A DNA stretch of 63,914 nt, filler included, from Cystobasidiomycetes sp. EMM_F5 (Eukaryota), in assembly GCA_051047955.1 (NCBI GenBank). It is 25 parts of 25 records of this genome, joined end to end, with 100 filler letters (N's around TTAATTAATTAA, not from the genome) between each part and the next. Parts side by side here need not be neighbours in the genome. Positions count along the whole stretch, not along the records: positions 28,055 to 58,321 come from JBPGPT010000067.1; 24 more parts are not named here. One strand, written 5' to 3'. This document shows, in pieces, positions 36,363 through 49,553 of the stretch. The notes below the pieces were generated by a model. The model was not told where the DNA came from, made no database searches, and saw only the letters and a list, made by a program, of their open reading frames with translations. Numbering within the stretch: the stretch's first letter is position 1; each line of letters starts with the position of its first letter. Both the position numbers and the translations under genes were made by a program.

Positions 36363-36684
36363 ATCGCTCTTTATTGACTATTGTCCATTTGGACAGCAAG
36401 CAACCCATACATATTCCGCCTTTCGATATCTCGCTCGATTTGCAACCCCTCAAGCGAGGCTTACAGATCTAGGTCGACATAGGCAGGACCTAATTGAATA
36501 TATATCAAGCATCGCAGCATTCAACCTAGCATTATCTTGGCTATGATTGCGGAGAAGCACCCGACGCGTGTCAGGAACAGGTCACACAGTAAGGCTACCT
36601 TTGCTTTAGTACCGGCATGACGCCCATAGCCTCATCCCCTGCCATCTTCCTACCTCGTCGACGTCCCCTCCCTCCCTCAGCCAT

Positions 36685-37714
36685 TCAGGACCATCTAGAG
36701 TCCGCCGGGCCAGGCTCAGACGCCTCATCTGCGGCTGCTAGATCGAGTTCTATGCATACTTCGCTTCGGTAGTCGTCGTAGTAGATGCAGAGCAAAACAC
36801 TGTTAGTTTGCGGCGGACACGCAGTATGTCAGCAATGGCTTTGTGAGCAAAGTATACTCACTCAGGCAGCATGCAGTCGCAATGATATGACCGGGACTTG
36901 TGAAACAGACGAAGTGACGCGATGTAGCTGATGGAAGTGTATCAATGGAACGAGGGATGAGAAGGTTATGGAAGCACCATGCCAATTTACCCTGGACAGA
37001 CGAGTACTGTACATGCACTTACTCTTCGCGCATGGGCTTTAGGATATCATAGATACACAATCCTACAGGATTGTAGGCTGTAAAGTTGCATACTCGATTC
37101 TCGTCTGAAGTGTCAAAAGCGCAGTGGACTGTATCGAGCACACGTAGTTGCAATGGGCAACGGAACACCATAGATGGACTGTGTAGCTTTGAAATTGGCA
37201 GAAAGGAATGACCCGAGATGACGACCTTGCGAGCAGCTGATGTCGCCCTCCAGTGCCCCCAGCGTGAATAGATGATTTTGTCTGTGTCCGGATCCCAGCT
37301 ATAGAAGGCCAAATCTTTGAACGGCTCGTATATGACTGGCAAATCGGCATGTCGGCTCGAGCACGGGATATAGACATGGAGAAACTCACGGTCCATCATT
37401 GTCGGGTCGCAAAGCTTGTCGTCGCCAATGAAAAGTCCAGTGGCCAGCGGAGGTGCAAACTCGCTTTTCGTACCGTCATGCACCACAATAGCGGCAATGC
37501 TACGCCAAGTGTCCACCTTGCAGTCCTTTGGCATGCCGAATCCAGCCGCGATGCAAGCATTTCTCCAGAAGTCATCGTCGTCGTACACGTTTCGGGTTGC
37601 CCTCGTCGTGTTGGAGAAATGGACGTGGCCTGCGAGCGAGTGGATGTGCGTGCGGATGATGAGCAGGATCTCAGAAGGTAGTCTCATGAATGTGGCAGTG
37701 TGCCTCAGAGCCAT
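36685..37714 (-). CDS. F-box-like protein, paralog B (3' end approximate)
   Basis: FMRLPSEILLIIRTHIHSLAGHVHFSNT..FWRNACIAAGFGMP...NPVGLCIYDIL. Confidence 0.72.
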
Positions 37715-38089
37715 GTTTGCACATTGAGTCGTGCCGGACGGAAGTCAAAGGCAATACATTTGAATCGCATCAAGTCTGTCAAATTCGAGCAAGAACGGTA
37801 ATTGGAAAAGGTCTGTTTCGTCGATGACCATGCGGCATACTTAGTCTGAAATTGGAAGCATCGCCGGCTTTCGCGCAATTGGCAATAGCTTATTACATTA
37901 CATTGTACGAGCTGATCGGTAGATCTCGACCAGCCAGCGCCATGGCAGCAGTGTTTTTTTCGTTGCAATCAGCTATACCGCGGATTGTCTGTTTTTGCGG
38001 AGAAAGCAGTGCGCGTCTCAGGTACGCATACGACTGGTATTGAGTGTCAATAAACAGTCAATGTTAGAGGAAGCTACCTCGGAACAGAC

Positions 38090-39336
38090 CTCCTATGGCT
38101 CAAGGATGAACACAACGGGATGGAAGCGCAAAACCACCCGGCCGTACGATTTCCGCAGCCGGTGTAATGCGGCTAGGAACTATAGGTCAGGCACGGTATT
38201 GCAGAGTCAGCAATGCGCGACGATTCTGCCTTTCGTACCATTCGTATCATGCCATATGCTCACCTTCGATCCCAACTGAGTATTGCTAGTGTCTCTTTTC
38301 CACTTCCACGGATTGTACAATTCGCGTTCTGCGATGCAACGGAGAGCAGCGGCTATGAATCATAATGAGGTGCCCACGGACCAAGTACTACACCCACAAA
38401 AACCCAATCCTGCATCCGATTCCTGTCCGGCCATACAATGATGAATCTGTCGATATCGCATGCAGGTCAGCGTGGTTCGAGATTTGCTCAAAATGCCTAC
38501 AGCTCCGCGTATGGCAGCATCAGGTCGTAGATACAGACTCCATTCTGGTTCTCTACACAGAAATCCTCGTGAGTATCCAAGGTGTGGTGTGAAAATCTTG
38601 CATCTAGGGAATCAACATGCGGCTGCGTTGCCAGACGAAATGCCAGGCTAGGATGTCGCAACACAGGCTGAACGTCGATCATTCCATAAGATATGGTATC
38701 TTTCAGATCCTTGCCTCGAAGTAGATCCCATCCTATCGTTCCGACCTCATCCAGCTGTAATGGTGTGTCTTGCTGTTCCAGCACAGCTGGCTGAATGTTG
38801 CTCTCCCTCAAGGGCTCGTAGACTTCTGCAAAGAGCCACAAATAAGTATGCGGAATGATTGATGCCGGAGCTGGTGACTCACTGTCCGCCTGGGTGTAAT
38901 CTGAGGCCGGCCAGGATCTGTACATAGCTTCATACTCGTCGTCGTCGTCATCGTCATCGTCTGCGCCGCGCCAGTTCATTCCGGCAGCATCGGCCACTAC
39001 AGCAGCAGCAACCCCTCCCCAGGTGAGGTCGTACTCTGTTGGTAGACCAAAACCCGCGGCGATGCAGGCGCCTCTCCAGAGGTCTTCATTGTACAGACGA
39101 CGCAGAGTTGTGCAAGTCTGCGAGAAGTGGACGAGACCAGCGAGAGTGTGGATATGGGAACGAATGAGAAGGAGCACGTCCGTGGGCAGGTCAGTGAGAG
39201 GGCTGGAGCTTGAGCTGGACACGGCGGCAGCAATTTCTGGCTCCAGCGAAAGCGGGACAATCTCGCTGGCAATGACGGGAGAGGTATCGATGGCATCACT
39301 AGCCTTCATACAAGGCATCTTGCGGCGCATCGTCAC
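38090..39336 (-). CDS. F-box-like protein, paralog C (3' end approximate)
   Basis: LTDLPTDVLLLIRSHIHTLAGLVHFSQTC..LWRGACIAAGFGLP...PSLAFRLATQP...NQNGVCIYDLM. Confidence 0.72.
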
Positions 39337-39799
39337 GATACTCTCAATTCAAGTTGGTTCGAAGCTGAGCTTTAGTTCATCGTAAAATGACGAGCTTCAC
39401 CTTATGCACTGTAAGTCATTGCAAAAGAGCCATAAATGCCACGTCTGGATGCATCTAGCAATTTAATGACGATCACACAACAGAGCATTGCTCTTTAAAC
39501 ACTAAGGACACCCGGAAAAAGAAACCAACAAAGCCAACAGACGTTCTCTACCCATATCATGACGCAGTTGCGCCTGCAGAATGGTAATGCCTCATAAGCA
39601 AATCGCAAATTGTTTGTTTATTGTTGGAAACGCGTTTTCAGAGAAAATGTACTGTGCCTGGTGGGATTCTCTCGATGCGGAGAAGGAAAAATGGGTCTTA
39701 GTAGGGCCTCCAGAAAGATCCTGAAAGCTACTGTAGTGGAGATTCGCCTCGAGACCAGTCTTATCGCAGTTATGAGATGTATCCAACAAGGCTAATCGC

Positions 39800-41200
39800 C
39801 GATAGCAGCCAAAGTCGGTAACTCCTGAATTTTTTGTTTGTTGCCGTACGCGTCTCAGGGCGGACCGCTTGTGCCTGAAGTATACAGATGATGGCGGAGA
39901 AAGAAGAGAGGTTGCCATTGGACGCATGTCTAGCAAACTCTCCGCTTGTGAATACCATCGGCAAAGCTGGTCCATTGCGTCAAGATCTAATGGACATCAC
40001 GAAATATCAGCCTGGCACATGCTAGGTATGCCTTGTGCACAGCAAAGTATACGGATCTTACTCTGCCTCCCAGCTCAGTAGAGCTCGCGTCTTCTTGCCC
40101 TTTCCGACAATTGGTACTGTCCAACCTGAACCACAGGATTATTGTTGGCGACCAAACAGGTAAGCAACGTGACTGTACATACAAACATGTCGTCATCCAT
40201 CTCGTCGTAACAAACGAGCTCAGAGAACCTATGTGATGTTCGTAGTTGAGCGCTGGTCAATAGTATCACGTAGAAGTTCATGACTTACGACTCGGCGTAG
40301 GACAGAAGCAGATCGTACAGGCAGATGCCGGCCGGGTTGGACACCGTGTAGTTAAGACCATCATCGCAGTCGACTTCATACCAGTTGGTGACTGTCGCGT
40401 TCAGCCAATCGACATGCGGAGTGGTGGCCAGACGGAACGCAAGACTAGCATGTCGTAGGAATGATTCACTCTGGTATGACCCGTAGATGATAGTGTCTTC
40501 CGGATCTGCATCTTGAAGAAGACTAAAGCCCGGATTTCCCATTTGATGTGCAGAAACTTGCACATCTTCTGATTTGAGAGATACTGGTTTGATGCTGCTC
40601 GGCTTGAAAGGCTCGAATATTTCTGCAAGTCCGAATTTAGGGCCATACAGTGACAGATATGTGATCAGATTGCGTCCTCTCAATACTCACCTTCTGCTTG
40701 CGTCAAGTCACTCAGTAGACCAACGTTTTCAAGACAGCTCCCATCGCAATCGCCACCATTTGCACAGTCTGGCGTTGTTGCGTGATCGACTCTGACAGCA
40801 TCTGCCACTACCGCAAATGCAGCTGCTCTCCAACCAAATGTGTACGCGTTTGGCTTGCCAAATCCTGCCGAGACGCACGCAGCCCTCCAAAACTCGTCGT
40901 TCGAAAGGGTGTACAATCTCTTGCACGTCTGTGAGAAGTGTACGAGACCAGTGAGGGTATGTATGTGCGAGCGAATAACGACGAGGACATCTGTAGGGAG
41001 GTCAGCGAGGGATTTGGGAGTCGACGTGGACGGGTTGACGACGATGGCGGACAACGAGCAGGAAAGCGGGGCAACATTGTCGCAGGCATGACTTCCTGTC
41101 TTGACAGCTTGAGATTTTGTACGAGCTATGTCGGAAACCTTCTGCGAGGACTCTTTGGCAGTTGGTGTCGAGGCGACCCGTCTTGCAAGACATTGCAGCC
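39800..41200 (-). CDS. F-box-like protein, paralog D (start unresolved, ends approximate)
   Basis: SLADLPTDVLVVIRSHIHTLTGLVHFSQTC..FWRAACVSAGFGKP; second exon ASLAFRLATTP...NPAGICLYDLL. Confidence 0.65.
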
Positions 41201-41249
41201 GGACATGTCAGAAACATGAAAGTCGACGCAAGTAGTGGGCGGAGACAGA

Positions 41250-42373
41250 TTACAACCACACTACAGAGAATACACCCACTAGCGACAATATTCATAGAAC
41301 ATGACTGCTCCTAATACGCGCAGCGATTTCTGGTCAGACGGATGCTGGTATGTGCAAGGAGCCATGACAGCAGGCTAGATATCCCCTTCAAGCTCATCCC
41401 CAGTATCTCGCAGATCGAATATCTGCCAGATCAGCTTGAACTTGGTTGTCGGACCATACCCGGTGACACCCCATCGCAACACCTAGTGGGACATAGTTGG
41501 AGGCTGTCAATGGGGCGCGGGCTCTTCGGCAGCAGAGGACTTACGTAGGCATGAGACTCTTCGACATCAAATACGTGCGGGAGTGTCTCTGATCTATAAC
41601 AAGCAGTTACATTCGAGCCGGGACGTTAAGCAATAGCAACTTACCCAAGGCTGTACGCTGCGATAATGTCGTGCAAGGTAACGCCATCTGCATTATCCAC
41701 GACGTACTGTCGATTCGGCATGTCGAAGACTTTGGGGAGACTGGCAAAAACAGTATGATTGGACGGATTGGTTGCCAACCGGAAGGATAGACTTGGACTG
41801 GACAGGACGGGACGCTGTGCCTGCATCCCGTACACGAAGCCTTGACCGGGAGATTTGCCTGGATGAGCCAGAAAGCCATGTGGATTGACGCAGGTTTGCT
41901 GCTCGTTGGGATCTAAGTCATCGTCGGTATCCCGCGAATCGTGTTGGAGAAATGGCTCGAAAGTAGCTGCCAGACGGAGACTACTGTATCAGCTATGCTA
42001 CCTGGACGCGTGACTGACAAATACCCTTCAGACTGGTCGCGTCGTTCGCCTTAAAGTAGCTGATTCCAGGGCCATGGTCGTCCATGTCTGTCACTTCGGC
42101 GTGGACTGCTACAGCGTCATGCACCACTGCTGCAGCGACCGCTTGCCAGGTCATATTGCGATGTTGGACTGGCCTACCCACGCCGGATACGATGCACGCA
42201 GCCTTCCAGAATACTTCATCGTAGAGTGCACGCAGCTTGATGCTGGTCTGCGAGATGTGGACATGGTCACGAAGGGTGTAGATGTGAGTCCGGATAACGA
42301 GCAGGATGTCAACAGGCAGGGCGGCCAGGGAGGGTGGTGCAGTCATGCTGACTTGGTTGGCATGGACAGACAT
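41250..42373 (-). CDS. F-box-like protein, paralog E (3' end approximate)
   Basis: SLAALPVDILLVIRTHIYTLRDHVHISQTS..FWKAACIVSGVGRP; second exon PSLSFRLATNP...NADGVTLHDII. Confidence 0.7.
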
Positions 42374-43239
42374 TACTGACGGTGTACGGTTATGTTTGCA
42401 TTGCCATACCATTGTCCCGCAAGAAACATGTTGACAAAAGCAAGCTCAGACCGCAAGAAAGCGGCTGCCATTCGAGCGGTGACATGACGGACACGCCGTA
42501 CATCTAACACACCCTCCCTCTACAAGCCAGCACAGGTCTATGCTCGAAAGCTTCAACAGTTCATCCCCGCATTCTCAGATAATTCCGACGAGCCCGTGCA
42601 TTCAGTGGATGCTTGCTGGACGTAGAGTCTCCTCTTTTGTATCCTATCATCCTTGCGTTGCTAAGTGATGTATGCACAGATTGCTCCAATCCCTTCAATC
42701 TCAGCTGATTTGTGTATGGACCGCATTTGGCCGACTGGAACTGAGCGCTAGATTGCGCGCAAACAGGCCTCGCAAAGTGAATGGCTCTGAAAATCATGTA
42801 CGGAGGTCTTGCAGTTTGGCTGACCGAGAATATCGCAGCCAGACCGGATCAGGTGTAGTGCGGATCTGAAACCGAGCGGGGCACTGCGCTCAATGCATTG
42901 AAGGTACGCGTCGTACGGGTGCTTCCTCGATTGAATGCGGCGCGAGTACTCGCAGCTCCCAGCGCCGCTTCCGTCTTCTTGTCGGTCCAGTACATTAGCA
43001 GATTTGGCTTTCAGTGAGCTTTCTCGCAGTCCTGCACAGCGTACCGCTACGACAAGTCTGCTGTTAGCGCCTTCGTTTATGCGCTTTCGATGAATGCGCT
43101 ATATGGCCTTGATCATGTGCTGTAACGCGGCACAAACGCGGCCTCAGCATATTGCGATGACATCGGACCTCGGGCAGGCCGAATCGTAGTGGATACCGAC
43201 ACTGCGGAAATGGAAGTATCGGAATCGATTTCACATTTG

Positions 43240-43867
43240 TCATTGGCCTGACCTTGATTCTGACCATTGAATAGCGAGGCCGTCCCGTTCCATCAGATAG
43301 TATGGGATACCGAGCATTTGTTCCCTGCCAGCGTGGCCTATCGCGGTGAAACCCAACTTCTGCTCGTACCAGTCTTTCCTGTCGCCAGTATGGAGAAGCC
43401 AGCGCCATTGCTTTCGTCCACCTCCTTCGAGAACTTCTCTGATGAAATACAAGCCGAGGCCTTTGCCTTGATAATCATTGTCAATGTAGACATCCATGAG
43501 AATGTTGGTGTCGCCGTCGCCAACAACACGAGCCATGCCAATCATGCTATTCTTTTGAAGATTGTTTCGCTTGAAGAGGCCAAAGACGAGGTAGGCGGAG
43601 TCAATCTGTCTGGGGATGGTACTTGAGTATTCGACAGAAGCTCTTGGTGAAAGTCCTTGCGTACCAGCACCTACCTTTCGAAAGTCTCGCGAGTCCGGTG
43701 TCGACTCTGGCCGTTCACCATAACAATCAGCCAAACGTCCTCTACTACGGCACCGCACTCACCCAGTACGCTATCGTCGAAAGGTATGTCCAGGCCGCGT
43801 CCCTGTCGAAGCGCTCTCTGCTTGTGTCGACGTAGAAATCGGTCCACGGCGCCGGCAGTTCTTCCAT
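43240..43867 (-). CDS. GNAT family N-acetyltransferase
   Basis: YVDTSRERFDRDAAWTYLSTIAYW|...IGMARVVGDG..LMDVYIDNDYQGKGLG...LLHTGDRKDWYEQKLGF (QxxGxG acetyl-CoA motif). Confidence 0.88.
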
Positions 43868-44128
43868 GTTACCTCGACTCGGATCATCATCTTTGCAGCT
43901 CATCGTCATCTCGTTCCTCCGTGCTAAGCGAGTCTCATTTAGTTGGCCAGCGCGTATCCCGGACAGGCTATGTTTTATGCTACAGCTTGATTGATACAGG
44001 GTAGCAAGACCTTCAACATATGCGCAGTTCATCACAACAAAACTTTACAGCTGCAGCATGTGTATTTCGGCGTCTGTCTGTGAACGCGGAGACACACGGT
44101 AGCGTACTTGCGTAGAAATCGGCCTAGT

Positions 44129-45972
44129 CTACACTTCTCTTCTGTTGTCAGGAACCGCTTCCGCAAGACTCGAAGCATTCACAGACTTATTTGACCAGCC
44201 AGAGAACCAGCCCGACCTTTTATTGACTCCAGCATTCTGCGATGTCGTTTGCATCGAGGCAAGCTTCTGTGCTCGAGGAGCCGAGCTAGAAGAAAGTGAA
44301 GCGAGAACTTGAGCGGCTGTCTGTGAATTGCCCGGTCTGTGCCGTCTCGCCAGCGTCAAATGAGATGACGCAGAGTGTTCGACTGACAGGTGCAGAGTAC
44401 TCCGCGCATTACCACTGGCAGAAGCGGGTGAGGAGGAGAAAGGCGAAGCAACCTTTTCGCTTCCTGAAGTGACAGAAGATGTTGAGATGTCGTTAGAAGG
44501 CTCGGCTGTACCAACGGAGGGAGAAGCAGTGGGTCCACTTCCTGAATGAGAGGACGCGATGGAGGAAAGCAGGCTGTAAGCAGTTGAAGTAGAAGGCGTG
44601 CGGACCGAAGCGACTGGCGGATCTGATGGTACTTGAGAATTGCCCTCCTCTGGCCTGGCGGTGCTCTGGAGGTCTGCTCCGCCTATACTCTCCTTGATGG
44701 TACGCGATGGGGGGACAGACGTAGAGCTAGAAGAAGTGCTCTGACGAGACCAATAGCTTCCGAGTACAGATTGAGGCAAGCTTGACGATGCAGAAGCAGT
44801 CGAAGGACTCGGTAACGCAGGTTGTACTGTTCTCTGCGCTTGTAGTGTCTGTGCAGAACAGCTTGCAGATAAGGGGCTTTCGGCATTAATGTACGATATG
44901 CGCGGTTTGGCGAATGAAGGGCTTGAGCTCAACGAGTACCGAGGCCGTGTATTTGAAGTAGTAGATAGCGAGGTTGGTACAGCCGTTCCTATACTGTCAT
45001 TCAGCATGTTTCGCGCGTCTGACGAGACCAAAGCCAAGAATCGTTCCTGCCCTTCGAGCGAGTCGAGGTGCAATCTCAGAGACGTCTCATACGAGTCTGA
45101 CGACTACACACACAATGTATAATCAGCCGGCAGATCACATTATGCCAGATGTATTGAGAGCACACCTGGGCATTGGCACATCCTACTATACCTACTCGCT
45201 CGGCGTTCCCCAGAATAGCCTGTCCAGTATCGAGCATCTCGGAGGAGAGACGTATCAGACGGTCTAGAGCGTTGTCTATATCTGAACGAAGCTCCTCCAC
45301 ATCTTCATCGTTGTCGAGGCAGGGAGATTGAGTGCCCGGCGGCGATGAGCAGGATGGCGCTTTTGTTCTGCTTCGAGCGCGTGCAACGAGGTAATGATCT
45401 GATGTACCGGGAGTGTTCACCTGATGCCGCTGGTGACGAGTTCGCACAAGACTAGGACTGCTATTGCTCCGGTAAAGGCTTTGGCGGGCATTTGGCTGCG
45501 TAGATGGATAGGCGGAAGTGGATGGCGATAGACTAGGGCTCCATGTCGATCCGTCGTCGTACGGAAGAGAGTCCTGCTGTGGTATTGCTGGCTTGTCGCG
45601 CCTACAGCATTCGTATGAGCCGCTGTCGGATTGCAAGCCGTGCAGCGATGCCTTGCCAGGGCGACACCGCCGTAGAAGGCTGTCTGGCATGGCTGACATG
45701 GTATTCTCCATCGTATGACTGCCGCTACTGGACATGAACGCGTCTTGGGAAGGCTGCTGCCTGCTTGATGTCGGATTGTGTCGCCGACGCTCCAGGCTGT
45801 GACGACCGGGCGTAGCTGTGATGTTGGCGTACAACGGGCTGGCCATGTTGTTGATGCTTCGATGACTGCCCGGGGACGCAGTGTACGCTGTCTGGCTGCG
45901 TGTTTCCGCCATGTCCATCTGGCGCCGTTTCAGCACAGGAGCAGCAATCCGAGTGCGAGTATTCAATATCAC
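44129..45972 (-). CDS. hypothetical Ser-rich, largely disordered protein (two exons)
   Basis: Two long same-strand ORFs (298 and 314 codons) joined by a probable intron ending at TTGCAC/GAG region ~45075; no family recognised. Confidence 0.6.
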
Positions 45973-46597
45973 AGCACTCAGGGTATACGCAGACTATATG
46001 TCATGGCTTCATTCTGTAATCGTCATTGTATATACCTCGGGCGGACATTATCCATTTCAATCAGAGTGAAGCCAAAGCTGGCGACAACGAGTAGACTGCA
46101 CAAAGGGCAGCCGGTGGATGATGGGGATGTACTGACATAATGCTACTCTATTGTTTCCCAACTTTGTATACACTCATGACCCTGGTCTGTACTTGTATTG
46201 CTCGTTGTCTCGGGTCAAACGCCGTTGCAACGGATGGCCGCGACCACTTTACGCGTCGAGAAGGTAAACAGTGACGGGTGGGAGAGAACGAGCAGGTGGA
46301 AAGGATACAGGTGTATACTGAGCATGGTGAATACTTGAATGAATGGATTAATTGCTACCCTAGCTCCCTCAAGCTCACCCTCGTCTCGATTGCACATCCC
46401 TGGCGGCATTCCACCTCGAAATATCGCAACCCATCTTTGATTTAAACCCACAACCAAGTCAAGCAGGACTCACTGCGACTGCACCACTCTCCTTTCATCA
46501 GCGTATAGTCACCCACACCGCGCGCATTGACCCCGACTGGACTGAACAACCTCGCTCGTTTGCGCGTCCACCGACAAACACATCATTCACAGCAACA

Positions 46598-48408
46598 ATG
46601 GCCAGCAGACCAGCCGCCTTCTCCCTCTCCGGTCTCGTGTCGTCCCTCACCTCGTCCCATTCCCCTTCCTCAAACGCCCCAGGCGCGTATACTATGCTTC
46701 CGAGCGCCAGCGATCAAGGGGAAGGTAACATCAGCAACGAGAAGCGGGCATACCAGGATATATCTGCGAATGGGACAGGGCGTATCGTCAGTAGTGGGAG
46801 TAGTATACTCGCCTCGTCAACCAGCAGCAGTACCAGCGGAGTCGGAGTCGGCAGTGCCCCCGCGTTGACCGCACCAAAGGAAGAACGACCGCCTTCGCGA
46901 GGAATGGTCATCTTTAGCGTCCTCTTCTACCTCGTCGCTGCACTCGTCATGGTCATGGCAAACAAATGGGTACTGAATTCAGTCCCCGTACCTCTCTTTT
47001 TCCTCTTTGTCCAGCTCGCAATGGCAGTTGTTTTGCTCCACATTTCAGCCATCTTTGGTGAGTCAGGCCAAGTCTCGCCGCGGTATCTATGCTCATCTCA
47101 ATCTCAGGCTACTTCACCATCCCCAACGTCCGCTTAAACGTGTGCAAGGGCTTGCTCCCTCTGGTCAGCATCAATGTCACAGGTTTGATATTCAACACGT
47201 ACTGCTTGCAGTACGTCGACGCGTCCTTTTACCAAGTCGCACGAGGCCTCGTTCTGCCCTTCACAGTCTTGTTCTCCTTCTTCCTGCTCAAGTCGCACGT
47301 CTCGGCCGGATCCCTGATTGGCGTCTTGATTGTCTGCGTCGGATTCTTTCTCGGCGTGTCAGCAGAGCACCTGCACACAAGTCCCATCGGTACCATGCTC
47401 GGCGTGTTCAGCTCCTTGACGACTTCAGTACACGCTATTGCAGTCAAGCGGGCCTTGAATGTCGTAAAAGGATCGACTATGGAACTCGTCTACTACAACA
47501 ATCTACTCTCGGCAGCTCTTCTTGCACCACTCGTCATTCTCAGCGGAGAATATACGGCCGTCAATGCCATGTACACCGCTGGAGGTGACTCTTTCAGGAC
47601 GTTTGTCGTAGGAGCATCCGTCACTGGCATTTTCGGATTCCTCATTTGCATTGCGGGGTTCCTGAGCATCAAGGTGACGAGTCCCGTCAGCCATATGGTC
47701 TCGTCAGCTGTCCGAGGCGTCATTCAGACTTTTCTGGGCATGTGGTGTTTCGGCGATATTATCACTGCGTAGGTTGCAGCGTATTGCAGGTAGTCGATGT
47801 AGCTATGCTGACCCGCAAACTATACCAGCGGAAGAGGTGCGGGCATCCTCTTCATTCTTGCTGGATCGACATGGTACACGTACGTCAAGGATCGGGAAGC
47901 ACGGAACAAGGAAGCCATTCTCGCTGCCAAGCCCGCTATTGCCTTGACGAGCCCTACACTATCGACCGGTTCGGGCGGTTTCTCATCGCGCAACATTTCG
48001 CCAGTCTCGACAAAGAGCGTCAATAGAATGGGACTGAGCATCAATTCATCGCTCGCAAACCCTGCCGCGCGAAGTGATCAGGCTCTCAGTCCGAGAACGC
48101 CGAATCAGACCTTCTTCAGCGCGCCCTCGTCAGAAGTACGAGAAGTGTCTGCGACGACGGGCATTCACTCTGCCGGTCTCAGGAACGTCAGTTCACCACC
48201 GGCGTTATTGGCCAATTCAGTGAATGGCCGTCAAGCAGTGCCGTCAACGAGAAGATCATCGTACTCTGTCGCAAATCCAGACTTGGCAGAGTCGGCCAGC
48301 TCTGAGACCTCTGGCAGGAGTTCACATGGCAAGACATTCTCCGTGACGGATCTCCGAGACATCCTAGTCACGCCGAATGACCGCCAGAAGGACGATAAGC
48401 TGTATTAG
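46598..48408 (+). CDS. nucleotide-sugar transporter (TPT/SLC35C, GDP-fucose-transporter-like)
   Basis: FYLVAALVMVMANKWVL, FNTYCLQYVDASFYQVARGLVLPF, YYNNLLS, IKVTSPVSHMVSSAVRG. Confidence 0.9.
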
Positions 48409-48607
48409 GTGTAATTGCAAGTCATCAAGTTTTAGTCGAGTAAGGCAGGCCCAACAATGTCGTTTGTCGTTTTTGTTGTGAGAGTGTACATCTCGTTATA
48501 GACGCGTACAGCATGTCCAAGTGTTTCGTATGCTCATCGGTCGTTATTGCGGCCGCATATACGATGTATAAGGCTTGTTTCGACGCAATTCGTCTGCGAA
48601 ACCTGCA

Positions 48608-49553
48608 ATGTCGTATGTCTGTTCTCAGATGAGCCTTGCTGGAATATGGGCAACACTGATGCGGAATGCACGTCTTGCAGACCACCAGAAGCTGGCCCGT
48701 CGAGGGGATTCATTGAACGCGACGACAGGCAGTATAGCGACCACGAAGACAGCCAAGATGGTCGGCTGAGCGACGATGAGCTGCTAGAGAGCCTCGAGGC
48801 AGAGCTCGATGACGATTTCATGGCATCGTACCGCGAGCAGCGTATTGAGCAGATGCGAAGGGAGTGAGCTGGATACGTTCGCGCGCGAAAATTGTCAAGT
48901 GGGGACTGATGCGTAGCGATGCCAGTGCAGATAAAGTGAAGACGAGCAAGGCAGACGAATCCTATGGGCGACTGACCGAAATCAAAGTCGAAAAGGATGT
49001 CATTACTTCGACATTGCAAGTTGTCAACATCAGTGTGATGAATCACTTTCCGAGGGCTAATTGCATGTATACAGGAAGAACAAACGAACAGTCATTCACT
49101 TCTATCATCCAGACTTTCGGCGGTGTCAGATAATGGATAAACACCTTGAGGTGTGTGTTTGGATCGCACACAGTAATGCAATGGCTCACGAAGCTGACGC
49201 ATAACACTGTGCTGCACAGACTCTAGCTGCAAAACATACTGGTACCCGCTTTGTTCGCGCAGACGTAGTAAATGTGCCGTTTTTGGTCGTCAAGCTTGAA
49301 ATCAAGGTGTTACCCTGCGTGATAGCCTTCATTGACGGCATTACAAAAGACAAGTGGGTGCATATCAATTAGACGTGAAATTGGAAACTGAGAAAATGCA
49401 TACTGTCGCAGAATAATCGGCTTTGATACGATAGCGGATGGCGGCACAACGGACAATATCACGACCGCTCAGCTCGAGTTGCGACTGTCACAGTCTGGTG
49501 TAATCGATACAGTGCGGAAAGAGGGCGCAATGCAGCGCCCAAGCTTTGCCTGA
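48608..49553 (+). CDS. phosducin-like / thioredoxin-fold protein (Plp1/TXNDC9-like)
   Basis: YREQRIEQMRRE, VIHFYHPDFRRCQIMDKHLE, VPFLVVKLEIKVLPCVIAF, IIGFD; several introns. Confidence 0.9.
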
